Shown: positions 27,727 to 37,510 of the stretch, piece after piece
How positions within the stretch are numbered: position 1 is the first letter of the stretch
Layout of the letters: each line of letters begins with the position of its first letter
Assembly (NCBI GenBank): GCA_044356455.1
Contig: JBIKWF010000005.1
Span: 1,917 to 65,916, forward strand
Direction: 5' to 3'
Origin: Bdellovibrionota bacterium
Lineage (GTDB): Bacteria > Bdellovibrionota_C > UBA2361 > JBGSMV01
Length of the DNA stretch: 64,000 nt
Notes under the pieces: generated by a model
The model's database searches: none
Seen by the model: only the letters and a program-made list of their open reading frames with translations
What the model was told of the DNA's origin: nothing
Position numbers and translations under genes: made by a program

Positions 27727-28938
27727 ATGCCCGCTACTCACCATCGCTCGCAAATAAGGCCATTTCCCCACGAGGGGCCCGGCGGATTAGGGGAGTTAGA
27801 GGGGGCCATAGACGCGAGATTACCCCGAGTTCACGCAGCAAGTTCTCGCCATCCTTCGAGTAGTGGTCGATTGCTTAGAGGTGTATCTCTTTCCGGCCAA
27901 GAAGAGCGAGTTTCTGCTACGAATGCCAAGTCTAGACTGTTTGTAGACGACGTACTTGAGGGTGTACGAACTCACTTTGATTTGCCACGCCACCAAGACC
28001 CTCGCACAGTTTCCGTTGCGTCGGTTCCCCTCGGGCAAAGGCTACTTCGGGCATTACAAGATTTTCACAACAACAATGAGGGAAGTGTAAACGCGGACAA
28101 ACTTCTTCAAGGAACGCGTCTAGCGGTCGGCTCTGTTCTTAGAGTTCTTACGGGATTTGAATTTATTGGTCCCCAAGTAATGATTCAGCAGACCTGGAAG
28201 CGAGGTGAATGCGCAGTTCATTTAGGAAAGCTTGGTGCAATACTTCCAAGGGAACCTTCAGCAAACGCCGACCCTAAAACGCTTTCCCAAGAACGCGGGA
28301 AGAATGTTCGCGCGGTTATCGGAGCTATTCGTGCCATCGACCGAGACCGTTTAGAGAAGCATCTTTCCAAGGCTACTCTACGAGGGGTCACCTTTGCTCC
28401 TGAACCCTTGAAACTAGCGGTTTTGGTGTTTGAAAAGCTACTTGGTAGTGCGCAAGATCCCTTCCCCAGTCAGCAAATTAAGGAGTTGCAGCACGCCATC
28501 AATAATGGCGAGAAGAGACTGTTCGTCATCGAAAACAATACCTATCGCATGGTAGTCGATACGCGAGGAGATTCCGCCAGTGCTGCTTCGAGTAAGTGGC
28601 AAAGCTTTTGCTTTAAGGTAGGAGAGCTACTCGGGAGACACGCTCACGGGGGATACCCGTCTTCGCTTCGAGTCTCCCGGAAAGACCGAGCTGACTTGCC
28701 GGGCGTTTACCAGCGTAACTATGTGAGAGCGGCGACGGAGCTAGGAATGCTCGCTGCAGCTGGTGTTCTTTCAGTGGCTACTCCCCCCCTCATGGGAAGC
28801 TTTGACATGGCTGCCAAACTAGCGCTTGCGGGGATCATTGCCTGCTCTGCGATTTTCACCAATGGCTGGTTCCAAGACCGCTGGCCTCGCCAGAAAGCAC
28901 TTTCTCCAAAGGAACCGCAGAAAAACCGTGAAGCTTAA
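27727..28938 (+). CDS. Hypothetical protein (403 aa) with a C-terminal pair of hydrophobic segments
   Basis: No motif was recognised. The C-terminus 'GMLAAAGVLSVATPPLMGSFDMAAKLALAGIIACSAIF' looks like a membrane hairpin. Confidence 0.55.
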   Translation: MPATHHRSQIRPFPHEGPGGLGELEGAIDARLPRVHAASSRHPSSSGRLLRGVSLSGQEERVSATNAKSRLFVDDVLEGVRTHFDLPRHQDPRTVSVASVPLGQRLLRALQDFHNNNEGSVNADKLLQGTRLAVGSVLRVLTGFEFIGPQVMIQQTWKRGECAVHLGKLGAILPREPSANADPKTLSQERGKNVRAVIGAIRAIDRDRLEKHLSKATLRGVTFAPEPLKLAVLVFEKLLGSAQDPFPSQQIKELQHAINNGEKRLFVIENNTYRMVVDTRGDSASAASSKWQSFCFKVGELLGRHAHGGYPSSLRVSRKDRADLPGVYQRNYVRAATELGMLAAAGVLSVATPPLMGSFDMAAKLALAGIIACSAIFTNGWFQDRWPRQKALSPKEPQKNREA

Positions 28939-28950
28939 GAAATTTTTCCC

Positions 28951-29016
28951 CCTTCGTGGTCTCTGTGTTCTTAGTGGTTGTTTTAAGAAACTACGAGACC
29001 AGCGAATGCCACGAAG
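28951..29016. repeat. REP-like palindromic element (CTTCGTGGTCTC ... GAGACC..CCACGAAG)
   Basis: The outer stem is CTTCGTGG/CCACGAAG and the inner stem is GGTCTC/GAGACC. The left half is nearly identical to 18085..18123. It lies in a convergent gap. Confidence 0.6.
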
Positions 29017-29037
29017 TTGAAGTCTTTCAAGCCTTCC

Positions 29038-29586
29038 CTAGGATGCTCTTCCCTTTACCGCGCTCCAATGCTTCACCTGCCAATGCACCGTCACTTCCGC
29101 AAGAAGTGACCCATCACTTGAAAATAGTTTGGGCGTTAGCCGCACATCAACTTCAGCCCCATTCTCTAGGGGAGTAAGGACATGTTCTTGAACCCAAGAA
29201 GTAGTGCATTCGCACCGCGCCAACGTGTCAGTTCGCCCCTGTTTTAAATATACCGCAGAAAGCTCCCGCATAATGAGTCGATATTTTGAGAACCCGAGAT
29301 GGCGCACGAGTGCAAGGCCGCTTGCAAATTCTGCGGCGGTAGCGAGAGCGCAGGCATGCAGACCCTGAATGTGATTCATATTGCGCCGCAGGTAGGGCAG
29401 CCTAACCTCAACGCCTGCTTCAGAAAGCCCCTGTACTTTTATGCCGTGCGGACGGTTAAAGGGAATCAGATGCCCAAGCAGTACATTCAAGCAGGAGAGA
29501 TGCAAACGCGAGTCCCCGGCACGCAAGAGAAGATACTGAAGTAGCCTGTCTTGCGGGGAGCCCTTGGTAGGGGCGATACGACTCAT
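29038..29586 (-). CDS. Hot-dog-fold protein (DUF4442 / PaaI-like thioesterase family)
   Basis: 'NHIQGLHACALATAAEFASGLAL' is typical of DUF4442/PaaI-like proteins. It overlaps the SDR gene by 4 nt. Confidence 0.65.
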   Translation of the reverse strand: MSRIAPTKGSPQDRLLQYLLLRAGDSRLHLSCLNVLLGHLIPFNRPHGIKVQGLSEAGVEVRLPYLRRNMNHIQGLHACALATAAEFASGLALVRHLGFSKYRLIMRELSAVYLKQGRTDTLARCECTTSWVQEHVLTPLENGAEVDVRLTPKLFSSDGSLLAEVTVHWQVKHWSAVKGRAS

Positions 29587-30440
29587 GAGGGACGCGCCTT
29601 GTCCTTCATGGCATTAAAGACAGCCTTGAGTTTTGCTTTGGGCATAGCCTGGAGCACAAAATTAAACTGACCAGAATTAAGCCTCTCTCCGCCGTCGATA
29701 GTGACGCATTCTCCGGTGATAAAAGACGAGTGTTTCGACATCAAAAACACCGCCAGATCCGCAAGCTCCTCGGGCTTCCCAAACCTTCCTAGGGGGACTC
29801 TTTTGCGGAATGTTTCTTCGAGCTGAGGATCCGGCACGAGGCGCTTCCACGCTCCCTCGGTGGGGAAGGGGCCGGGAGCAATGGCATTGAGCCGAATGCC
29901 GTAATCTGCCCATTCGTAGGCGAGGCTTGTGGTCATGGCGTACACCCCCGCTTTTGCGCAGGCTGAGGGGAGTACGAATGAAGAGCCGCATTCGGTGTAC
30001 GTGGTTACTATATTGAGAATAGTGCCCGGCTTTTTACGCTCAATGCGGTGTTTGCCAAAGGCCTGTGTGCAGTTAAAGCTCCCGTGAAGGACTATGTCGA
30101 CGACGCTCTTAAAGGCGTTCGCTGAGAGGTCTTCCGCCGCACAAAGAAAATTACCTGCTGCGTTATTAACGAGTCCCGTGATCTCGGAGCCATCTTTGGT
30201 GAGTTCGAGGAACATCTTCGCCGTTGCATCATAATCCCTGACATCGCAGACGGCAGTTCTGACCGCAGCGCCAGTCGCTGTTATCTCCGCAGCGCCCCTC
30301 TTAAGTCGGTCGGCATCTCTGCCGCAGATCACAATTCCTGCTCCAAGTGCACCAAAGGCTTTGGCCATGTGAAGCCCAAGCCCACTTCCTCCACCGGTAA
30401 TGAGTATCGTCTCGCCTTGTAGTGTGTCGTTGGTGAACAT
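29583..30440 (-). CDS. Short-chain dehydrogenase/reductase, 2,4-dienoyl-CoA-reductase-like
   Basis: It has the cofactor motif 'ITGGGSGLG', 'NNAAGNF' and the length and pattern of the DECR/PECR-like SDR subgroup. Confidence 0.85.
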   Translation of the reverse strand: MFTNDTLQGETILITGGGSGLGLHMAKAFGALGAGIVICGRDADRLKRGAAEITATGAAVRTAVCDVRDYDATAKMFLELTKDGSEITGLVNNAAGNFLCAAEDLSANAFKSVVDIVLHGSFNCTQAFGKHRIERKKPGTILNIVTTYTECGSSFVLPSACAKAGVYAMTTSLAYEWADYGIRLNAIAPGPFPTEGAWKRLVPDPQLEETFRKRVPLGRFGKPEELADLAVFLMSKHSSFITGECVTIDGGERLNSGQFNFVLQAMPKAKLKAVFNAMKDKARPS

Positions 30441-30611
30441 AGTGCATCCTTCGGTCGTAAATTAGGGAGCCGCTGAAAAATCTAGAAATTGACCTACCTC
30501 TACCAAGCTTTTCCTCCGCGTTACTTGAAAAGTATTGCATAACGCGGAGGGGGAGTTTTTCAGAAGTTCCCTAGGAAGCCTGAAAACCCAGTACACAACG
30601 GCAACGCGTCC

Positions 30612-32954
30612 TCAAGGCTCTATATTTGCGCCAGGAGGAGACTTCGGTTTGAGGATAAAAGCTCCGAGCGCAGGAAGTAGTATGACAGCTCCCAGCATAT
30701 TCGCCACAAACATAAAGCTTAAAAGTATGCCCATGTCCGCCTGAAATTGGAGAGCTGAGAACACCCAGGTTCCAACTCCAACCGCAAGAGTCAAGCCTGT
30801 TACGAGGACTGCATTTCCCGTAACTCGTAAGGTTTCAAAATATGCCTCCCTAAGAGACTTTCCTTCACGTAGCGCGCTTTGCATCTGGCCAAAAATATAG
30901 ATGCCGTAATCCACGCCGATGCCAACTCCTAAAGCCGCCACAGGCAGTGTTGAGACTTTAAGACCTATCCCAAGTGTTGCCATGAGGGCATTGCAGAGGA
31001 GAGAAACCAGGGCGAGGGGAATCATAATGCAGAGCGTTGCTCGCATCGACCGGAACGCGGCGAGGCACAGCGCTCCAACGATAAGGTATATATAGACAAG
31101 CATCGGAAGCTGGCTTGCCTCAACTACCTGGTTAGTTGCTGCCATGACGCCGGCATTCCCTGTTGCAAGCCGAAATGTCATTCCCTCCTTTGAGTGCTCA
31201 GCGGAAAAAGCCTCTATCCCACTTACCACACGCGTCAGCGTGGTGGCCGCGTGGTCCTTAAGGAACGCAATCACGGGCATGACGCTACAATCAGAATTGA
31301 GAAGTCCCGTCGCAGTTTCGATGGGACCAACTGCTTGCACCATGGTCTGCGAATCTTGAGGGAGCACGCGCCATTTAGGATTGCCTTCTTGGAACCCCGC
31401 GTAAAGGAGCTTGGCAACTTGGGGCAGGGAAATAGTTGATTGGACTCCCTCTATGTTTGCCACTCGCCACTGAAAGCGGTCGATGAGGTCCATGCGGTCG
31501 TGGTTTATACAGCTATCTTTCTCTGATTCCACGATAGTCGTAAGAACGTCCACCCCGATAGAGAAATGCGCCGTAATGAAATTGGAATCCTGATTGTAGC
31601 GAGACTCGGGACGAAGCTCAGGTACTCCAGCATGAGAATCCCCAATAGTGAGCGCTTGGCCTCGTGTGTATCCCCAGACCGAGATAAGTAGCGCGGCGAG
31701 AATAGTGGGAACTGCCCACGATTTTTGAGAAAAGCGAGAAACGGCATGCCAAAGCCTATCGCGTTTCTCGGCGCTACGCTTCACGCGCGTGCGGTAGGAC
31801 TCATCGAAGGATGCAAAAGAAAGGAGAACCGGTAAAAGTGCAAGGTTGGTAAGAATAAGGGCAGAAACGCCAAGAGTTGCGGTCACCGCGAGCTCGCGAA
31901 TCATGCGGATGTCGATGAGGGCAAGAGTGACGAAGCCAATAGCGTCGCTAAGAAGAGCTACCGAGCCCGGAAGAAGCAACTTTCGAAATGCGCTTCGAGA
32001 CGCCTCAAGCGGGGAGATTCCGTTACCGACGGAGGTGCCCACAGAGTTCGTCATCTGGACTCCGTGCGAGACTCCAATGGCGAAGATTAGAAAAGGAATA
32101 AGAATAGACATGGGGTCTATTCCGTAGCCAAGAGCGGTAAGTCCGCCTAGGTTCCAAATCACTGCGATTACTGAGGTAAGTAGTGGGAGGACCGTCAGGG
32201 CTATGGAGTGAGTAAAGAAAAACACCAGCACTGCCGTGCAAAGAAACGAGACGCCAAAAAAGAGAAGCACGCCACGTGCGCCTGAGGCGATGTCGCCCAT
32301 GGCCTTCGCAAAACCTATGATGTGAATAGAGATCTGCTCATTCTCAAAAGGGGCCCGAATGCGCTCTTCGAGGTGTTTTGCTACTTGAAGGTAGTCGAGC
32401 TTTGCTCCCGTCGCTGGGTCAATTTCAACAAGTTGCGCGCTGATCATTGCGGCAGAGAAGTCAGAGGCTACCAGTCTACCAACGGCGCCTGCTTTAATGA
32501 CGTTTTCTTTTACCAGCTGGGCCCCAGCTTCAGAATAGTCGAAGTCCGCAGGAACAAGGTTTCCCCCAGAGAAGCCTCCTTCAACAATCTCCACAAAGCG
32601 CTCATTGGGCGTAAAGAGCGAGCGCACGGTGGTTCTATTGACGCCAGGCATAAAGAATACCTCGTCACTCACCTTTTTGAATGCGGTAAGAAATTGAGGC
32701 GTGAAGAGATCTTTGCCGTCTCGGGCCGCAACCGCAATCATGACGCGGTTTGCGCCCCCAAACTCAGCTCCGTGTTTGGTAAACGTTTGCATGTAGGGAT
32801 GGGAGAGGGGGATCTGCTTGGTAAAGCCGGCATCAATTTTGAGTTGGGTCGCAAAGTACAGGAGGAGAAGCGAGAGAGCCGCAAATAGTGCTGCGGTAGC
32901 CTTGCGATTGGCAAAAAGTAACGTTTCTAGAAATTCTGCTACGCGAAATTTCAT
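30612..32954 (-). CDS. RND-superfamily (MMPL-type) exporter
   Basis: About 780 aa, with two blocks of 6 TM helices and large periplasmic loops. The ATG at 32954 is preceded by GAAGG and lies 13 nt after the upstream stop. Confidence 0.85.
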   Translation of the reverse strand: MKFRVAEFLETLLFANRKATAALFAALSLLLLYFATQLKIDAGFTKQIPLSHPYMQTFTKHGAEFGGANRVMIAVAARDGKDLFTPQFLTAFKKVSDEVFFMPGVNRTTVRSLFTPNERFVEIVEGGFSGGNLVPADFDYSEAGAQLVKENVIKAGAVGRLVASDFSAAMISAQLVEIDPATGAKLDYLQVAKHLEERIRAPFENEQISIHIIGFAKAMGDIASGARGVLLFFGVSFLCTAVLVFFFTHSIALTVLPLLTSVIAVIWNLGGLTALGYGIDPMSILIPFLIFAIGVSHGVQMTNSVGTSVGNGISPLEASRSAFRKLLLPGSVALLSDAIGFVTLALIDIRMIRELAVTATLGVSALILTNLALLPVLLSFASFDESYRTRVKRSAEKRDRLWHAVSRFSQKSWAVPTILAALLISVWGYTRGQALTIGDSHAGVPELRPESRYNQDSNFITAHFSIGVDVLTTIVESEKDSCINHDRMDLIDRFQWRVANIEGVQSTISLPQVAKLLYAGFQEGNPKWRVLPQDSQTMVQAVGPIETATGLLNSDCSVMPVIAFLKDHAATTLTRVVSGIEAFSAEHSKEGMTFRLATGNAGVMAATNQVVEASQLPMLVYIYLIVGALCLAAFRSMRATLCIMIPLALVSLLCNALMATLGIGLKVSTLPVAALGVGIGVDYGIYIFGQMQSALREGKSLREAYFETLRVTGNAVLVTGLTLAVGVGTWVFSALQFQADMGILLSFMFVANMLGAVILLPALGAFILKPKSPPGANIEP

Positions 32955-32966
32955 ATGCAACCTTCG

Positions 32967-33938
32967 TTACCCTGCGGGTGCGGGGTCCACGATGCCCGCC
33001 TCGCCTCCAATAAGTAGTTTTCCGCTCGGAAGTGACAAGAGGGTGCTAATTGCCTTGCGGTCGGGGCGAGATTGAATGGAGAACGTTGAGCCGCAAGACG
33101 CGGCGCTGAGCATGAGGCCACTTGCGCCCCCAAGTACTACCTCTCCGCTTGGGCGTTCAAGACCAGTGTAGATTGAAAGAGTGGTGCCTGTTGCCAGGCG
33201 CTCCCAAGTGCTGCCTTCATCTCTTGAGCGGTAAAGATTTCCGCGTAGACCAAATATAAGTAGCGTTCCGTCTCGGCAGCCTAGGGCGCCGAATAGGGTT
33301 CCTTCATAGGGAGAGGCGCGAGCACTCCACGTAGAGCTTCCTTCCAGCTTCTGATACAAAGCCCCCGCTTCCCCGACCACAAAAATACTTCCTGAAGGGA
33401 GCTCGGCGATATCGTATAAATGCCTATCCTCTGCAGATTGGGACTCAGGTGAAAAGAGCTCAACTGCTTCCCACGTGGCTCCGCCGTCGTTGGTGGCGAG
33501 CATGGTTCCGTACCCACCTACGATTACTCCCTCTTGAGGGGAATGAAAGTGGACCGAGAAAAGTTCTTTGCCATCTCCGTCAGGCGCAGAAACCTTCGTC
33601 CAGGAGGCCCCTCGATCTCTCGAAACGAGAATGCTGCCTCTGTGACCTACGGCCACGAGGCCATCTTTCTGATCGGAAGCGACGGAGGTGAGCATGGCGC
33701 TGGAAGGAACTGAGACTTGTTTCCAAGAATCTTCTTCTCGTGGTGCGAACAGGATGTGACCTCTGTCACCCACTGCAACGAGTGCAGTGCCGCTCACTAT
33801 CGCATCGTTGATGAGCGAGCGCGGCGCAAGGCGAGCCAGCTCAGAAGATTCAGATTTTTCCGCGAAGACTGCTAGGGGCAATAACGCTAAGAGCGAAGAT
33901 ACGAGAAGGAGAGGAGTAACGAGATAGCCACGAGTCAT
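32967..33938 (-). CDS. Ycf48/BNR-like beta-propeller protein, exported
   Basis: It has a signal peptide and repeated Asp-box-like motifs ('SRDRGASWTKV', 'TNDGGATWEAV', 'SRDEGSTWERL'). Confidence 0.75.
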   Translation of the reverse strand: MTRGYLVTPLLLVSSLLALLPLAVFAEKSESSELARLAPRSLINDAIVSGTALVAVGDRGHILFAPREEDSWKQVSVPSSAMLTSVASDQKDGLVAVGHRGSILVSRDRGASWTKVSAPDGDGKELFSVHFHSPQEGVIVGGYGTMLATNDGGATWEAVELFSPESQSAEDRHLYDIAELPSGSIFVVGEAGALYQKLEGSSTWSARASPYEGTLFGALGCRDGTLLIFGLRGNLYRSRDEGSTWERLATGTTLSIYTGLERPSGEVVLGGASGLMLSAASCGSTFSIQSRPDRKAISTLLSLPSGKLLIGGEAGIVDPAPAG

Positions 33939-34045
33939 CGAACCGAATCTAACACATAAATGAGGCTAGGCTGCGAGCAAAAAAAACCGGCACTTGGCGC
34001 AGGTGGGGAAGCAGCCAAGTGCCGGTAGAAACGGAGAAGCTTATA

Positions 34046-35431
34046 TTACCGCCGTCCCTCGCGGCGCAAAGCGTCCGGAGAGAAGTTTCCCTCATCGAGT
34101 GGGACGTTAAACTTCTCAACCTTGCTTTCATTGTTTAATCCAAAGGCGAGATACCTTCCATTTTGCAGATCATAATGAACCTGCAACGTGTCCCAAATAA
34201 GGGGGACTTCATAATAGTTAATCGGATAGGCCTCAGAAACGCGCCAGATTTGGTCTCGGTTGTCATATTGGTCCACGACTACGGCCTGCCAGCTATCTTC
34301 ATCGAAAAAGAATGTGCGGCGCTTATAGATGTGGCTGGTCCCCGCTTTAAGAGTCGCTTCAACTTGCCATACCCGATGAAGTTCGTAGCGCGTGAGCTCC
34401 GGATTAATGTGTCCGGCCTTAATAATATCGCTTTCATTCACTTTATCGCTGTGGAGCTTGTAGTTGTTGTAGGGAACGTAGAGCTCTTTTCTCCCTACGA
34501 GTTTCCAGTCGTAGCGATCGGGGGCCCCATTAAACATGTCGAGTTGATCACTGGTGCGCTGAGCATCAGAAGCTGTTCCAGGGTTATCATACGCCACATT
34601 CGGCGCGCGGCGGACGCGGCGCTGGCCAGGATTATACGTCCACGCGTCGCGTGGCTCGAGCTTTTGATTCAGGGTTTCGTGCACGAGCAAGATGGTTCCC
34701 GCTAAGCGTGGGGGAGCGGTTACCGTCTGAATAAAATACGCGAGGCGATTATTAATACTTTCGAGGGTGGCGCCCTTTTGCATGTAGGCCCAGAGAGTTT
34801 CATCAGCAATCCGCACCATGGTGTAGGATCCGCCTGCGGTGGGAGCGACTTGACCCACTTCTCTCACCACTGTATCTCCGCGATAACGTAAGAGATGATT
34901 CCAAATGGCTTCAAGTCCATTCTGAGGGATGGGAAAGGGGATGCCTTCACGAGCTGAGAGCACTCCATTGCCATCTTCGACCAAACTAGCAGAGGTGCTG
35001 TTCGCTATCGCTGCGTCGTAGAGACGCTGAGGGAGGGAGCCGCTGCGCTGAGTTGGGTATACCGTCAAAAACCAGGTGTCAGGGTATCTCTTGAGCATCG
35101 CTATTTGCCCGGGAGAGAGCTTCGCTTCGTACTGCGCCAGATTCTGCGCTGTTATTTTAAAGAGCGGCTTGTCGGTAGCGAAGGGATCAAGGTGGTGAGT
35201 TCCGGGAGTGTAGCCGCTTGGCGGGGTGGTGATTCCGCCTGTCCATGCGGGAATTGTGCCCTCGGCATTTCCGGCTTTAATAGCTCCGAGCGGGGTAAGT
35301 TCTCCCTTTAGCTTTGCAGCCTCGGCGTCAGGCACCTTGGCGAGCGAGACATTAGACATGAACAAGGAAGCAGAAAGCAGGCAGGACACTCCGAGTCCTG
35401 CACGTAGCGCATGTCGACAAAAATTCTTCAT
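34046..35431 (-). CDS. DUF1329-family periplasmic protein
   Basis: It has a signal peptide. 'DPFATDKPLFKITAQNLAQYEAKLSPGQIAMLKRYPDTWFLTVYPTQRS' matches my memory of DUF1329 proteins from Pseudomonas-type clusters. Confidence 0.8.
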   Translation of the reverse strand: MKNFCRHALRAGLGVSCLLSASLFMSNVSLAKVPDAEAAKLKGELTPLGAIKAGNAEGTIPAWTGGITTPPSGYTPGTHHLDPFATDKPLFKITAQNLAQYEAKLSPGQIAMLKRYPDTWFLTVYPTQRSGSLPQRLYDAAIANSTSASLVEDGNGVLSAREGIPFPIPQNGLEAIWNHLLRYRGDTVVREVGQVAPTAGGSYTMVRIADETLWAYMQKGATLESINNRLAYFIQTVTAPPRLAGTILLVHETLNQKLEPRDAWTYNPGQRRVRRAPNVAYDNPGTASDAQRTSDQLDMFNGAPDRYDWKLVGRKELYVPYNNYKLHSDKVNESDIIKAGHINPELTRYELHRVWQVEATLKAGTSHIYKRRTFFFDEDSWQAVVVDQYDNRDQIWRVSEAYPINYYEVPLIWDTLQVHYDLQNGRYLAFGLNNESKVEKFNVPLDEGNFSPDALRREGRR

Positions 35432-35501
35432 ACCAAATTTCTCCTTGCAACAGCCAAATCAGCCCACCCTTGCTCGTGCGCCTTTCTAGGAAGAAGTTGT
35501 C

Positions 35502-37295
35502 CTAGAAAGAATACGAAGCAACGAGGGAAACGAAGTCTCTATCACTCAAAAGATTGTAGCGCCCGCCATCAAACGAGTTGTTGTACGAAAGCACGAGCCG
35601 ATAGCTCGTCAGATAGGTAGCGGCGAGAGAGAACGTAACAGTTTTGCGGTCATCAACGAACGTAGCAAGCGGGGCAGGCGTCGTTCCCCGGTCGGCTGCA
35701 AAAGCGATCTGAGGCTCGAGTCCGACAGCCCCAACGGCATTCTCATAGGTCGCGCGCAGTACGAGGCGATACCCCCATGAAAATTGTGTGGGGAAGCCAT
35801 TGGACTCCGTTCCAGGCTGGATCCCAACTTGAGTGAAGAAGGGATTGCCGCTCGTGTACGTACCGGCACCTTCGTAACGAAGCTCATCCCGGTCTTCCAT
35901 ATCGACGACATAGGTGCCGCCGGCTTCACCAATCAGTACTATCTGGTCCGCTCCAAGCCAGGGGCCAAGAATTTGGGTTGCCGTTAATTGACTCTGGATG
36001 ATGTCTTTACGGCGATAGCCACTGATTTCTTCATTAAAACCAAAGACCCCCAGTTGATTCTGACTAAAAGCGGGGCTTAAAGGGGAAAGCGCCGCATAGA
36101 GAAGCTCTACGTCATCCACTTGTAAGGGCTGATTGAGGCGATAGGAGAACTCGCCCTGGAGCGCGAGTCCCGATCCACCCAATTGTGAGTTGAAGCTTGC
36201 ACCTAAGGTGTCGATGTCTTCAGGAAATTCTCGAAAGTACCTGGCGCTTTGTGCGTAATTGCCGCCTAGCAATCCTTGAATACTTCCTGTTTGGGCACTG
36301 ATGATGGGGCTGCGGCTATGTAGTCTGGTCCAGTAAAGGCCGAACTCAGTATCGTTAAGTTCTGGAGCGAAATAACGCATCGCAAGACCAAACTGTCCCT
36401 GGTCGCTTGGATTGTTATCGTCGAGGCGCGGCACGCCGGAGCCAACCGGCGCGCTTGCGTTGAGAGTAGGGGGATTGTCACTAACTCCGGGATTTCCAAA
36501 CCCAAGGAACACCGTATTTCCGCCAGGTCCTGCAAAATCATTAGTAGAGAGGAATGTCCCCGCTGGCTCAAGTTCGGTGTTGTCCCACTCAAAGAGATAG
36601 AACCCCTCAAAGGAGATCTCTTCAGTGAGACTCACGTTCAAATCGAGGGCGTTCAGAGGCAAAAAAGCATCTCGTAATTCCGCGCCGGCAATCCTTAGCT
36701 TTGAAACGTCAATAGGATTGATGGTGTTAATACCATTAGCAATGAAGGTGCTCTCGCCCCAGTTAATTACTTGTCGCCCGGCGCGCACTGTTGTCTTTGC
36801 CGATCCGATATCGAAGTCACCCGTTACATAGAGGTCTAAGAGCTTTGCATCTCGACCTGCATAACGTTTCGCTGAGGAGCTGAGATCCGTCCTTTGGGTG
36901 TTCCCATCCATGATTTCGGTATCGTAGAAGTAGAAGCCACGACCAAAGAATCCAAAATTATCGTATTTCAACTCAAGTTCATGAGTGACCTTCGCCACGG
37001 CTGACGTCACGTCGCCTTGATCGTAATTGAGGTTTCCATCATCGCCATTGACGGAGAAGGCTTCCCCTCCGTTCGCCACACCAACAATTCTGTCGTTTCT
37101 ATCCGAGGTTCGAACCGTAGTTCCAAGAGAGATGGTGGTGTCGAAGCTACCCTGCACCTCCCCGTCGCCGAATTCTAAATCAAGCGCGACGGATGACCGG
37201 GGGGTGACTGTCGAAACGAGAAGCGCGAGAGATAGTGGTAGTAGAGAGCTTCGGCAGAGCAGGCGAGAAACGGAAAGGTAGGAACTATTCAGCAT
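35502..37295 (-). CDS. DUF1302-family outer-membrane beta-barrel protein
   Basis: 'NGDDGNLNYDQGDVTS...ELELKYDNFGFFGRGFYFYD' and the terminal '...ASYSF' are typical of the family. The ATG at 37295 is preceded by GAGGAG and gives a signal peptide. The 37439 start adds 48 implausible residues. Confidence 0.8.
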   Translation of the reverse strand: MLNSSYLSVSRLLCRSSLLPLSLALLVSTVTPRSSVALDLEFGDGEVQGSFDTTISLGTTVRTSDRNDRIVGVANGGEAFSVNGDDGNLNYDQGDVTSAVAKVTHELELKYDNFGFFGRGFYFYDTEIMDGNTQRTDLSSSAKRYAGRDAKLLDLYVTGDFDIGSAKTTVRAGRQVINWGESTFIANGINTINPIDVSKLRIAGAELRDAFLPLNALDLNVSLTEEISFEGFYLFEWDNTELEPAGTFLSTNDFAGPGGNTVFLGFGNPGVSDNPPTLNASAPVGSGVPRLDDNNPSDQGQFGLAMRYFAPELNDTEFGLYWTRLHSRSPIISAQTGSIQGLLGGNYAQSARYFREFPEDIDTLGASFNSQLGGSGLALQGEFSYRLNQPLQVDDVELLYAALSPLSPAFSQNQLGVFGFNEEISGYRRKDIIQSQLTATQILGPWLGADQIVLIGEAGGTYVVDMEDRDELRYEGAGTYTSGNPFFTQVGIQPGTESNGFPTQFSWGYRLVLRATYENAVGAVGLEPQIAFAADRGTTPAPLATFVDDRKTVTFSLAATYLTSYRLVLSYNNSFDGGRYNLLSDRDFVSLVASYSF

Positions 37296-37510
37296 ACATA
37301 CTCCTCTACGACATGACGCCGCGCGTAATCTGAAAAAGTGCTGATGCAATGGCGGGTTAGAGCCACGATCCGCAAGTTCTATACTCCAGAAAAATGACAT
37401 CACCAACGGAATTCGCAGCCTAGTCCATCGACTTATCATTAGTCATAAAACATCGTTTCTGTTGGCGCCTGATTTGCGGCCCTTGCCCGTCCTAAAGTAC
37501 AAGCCCAGGC

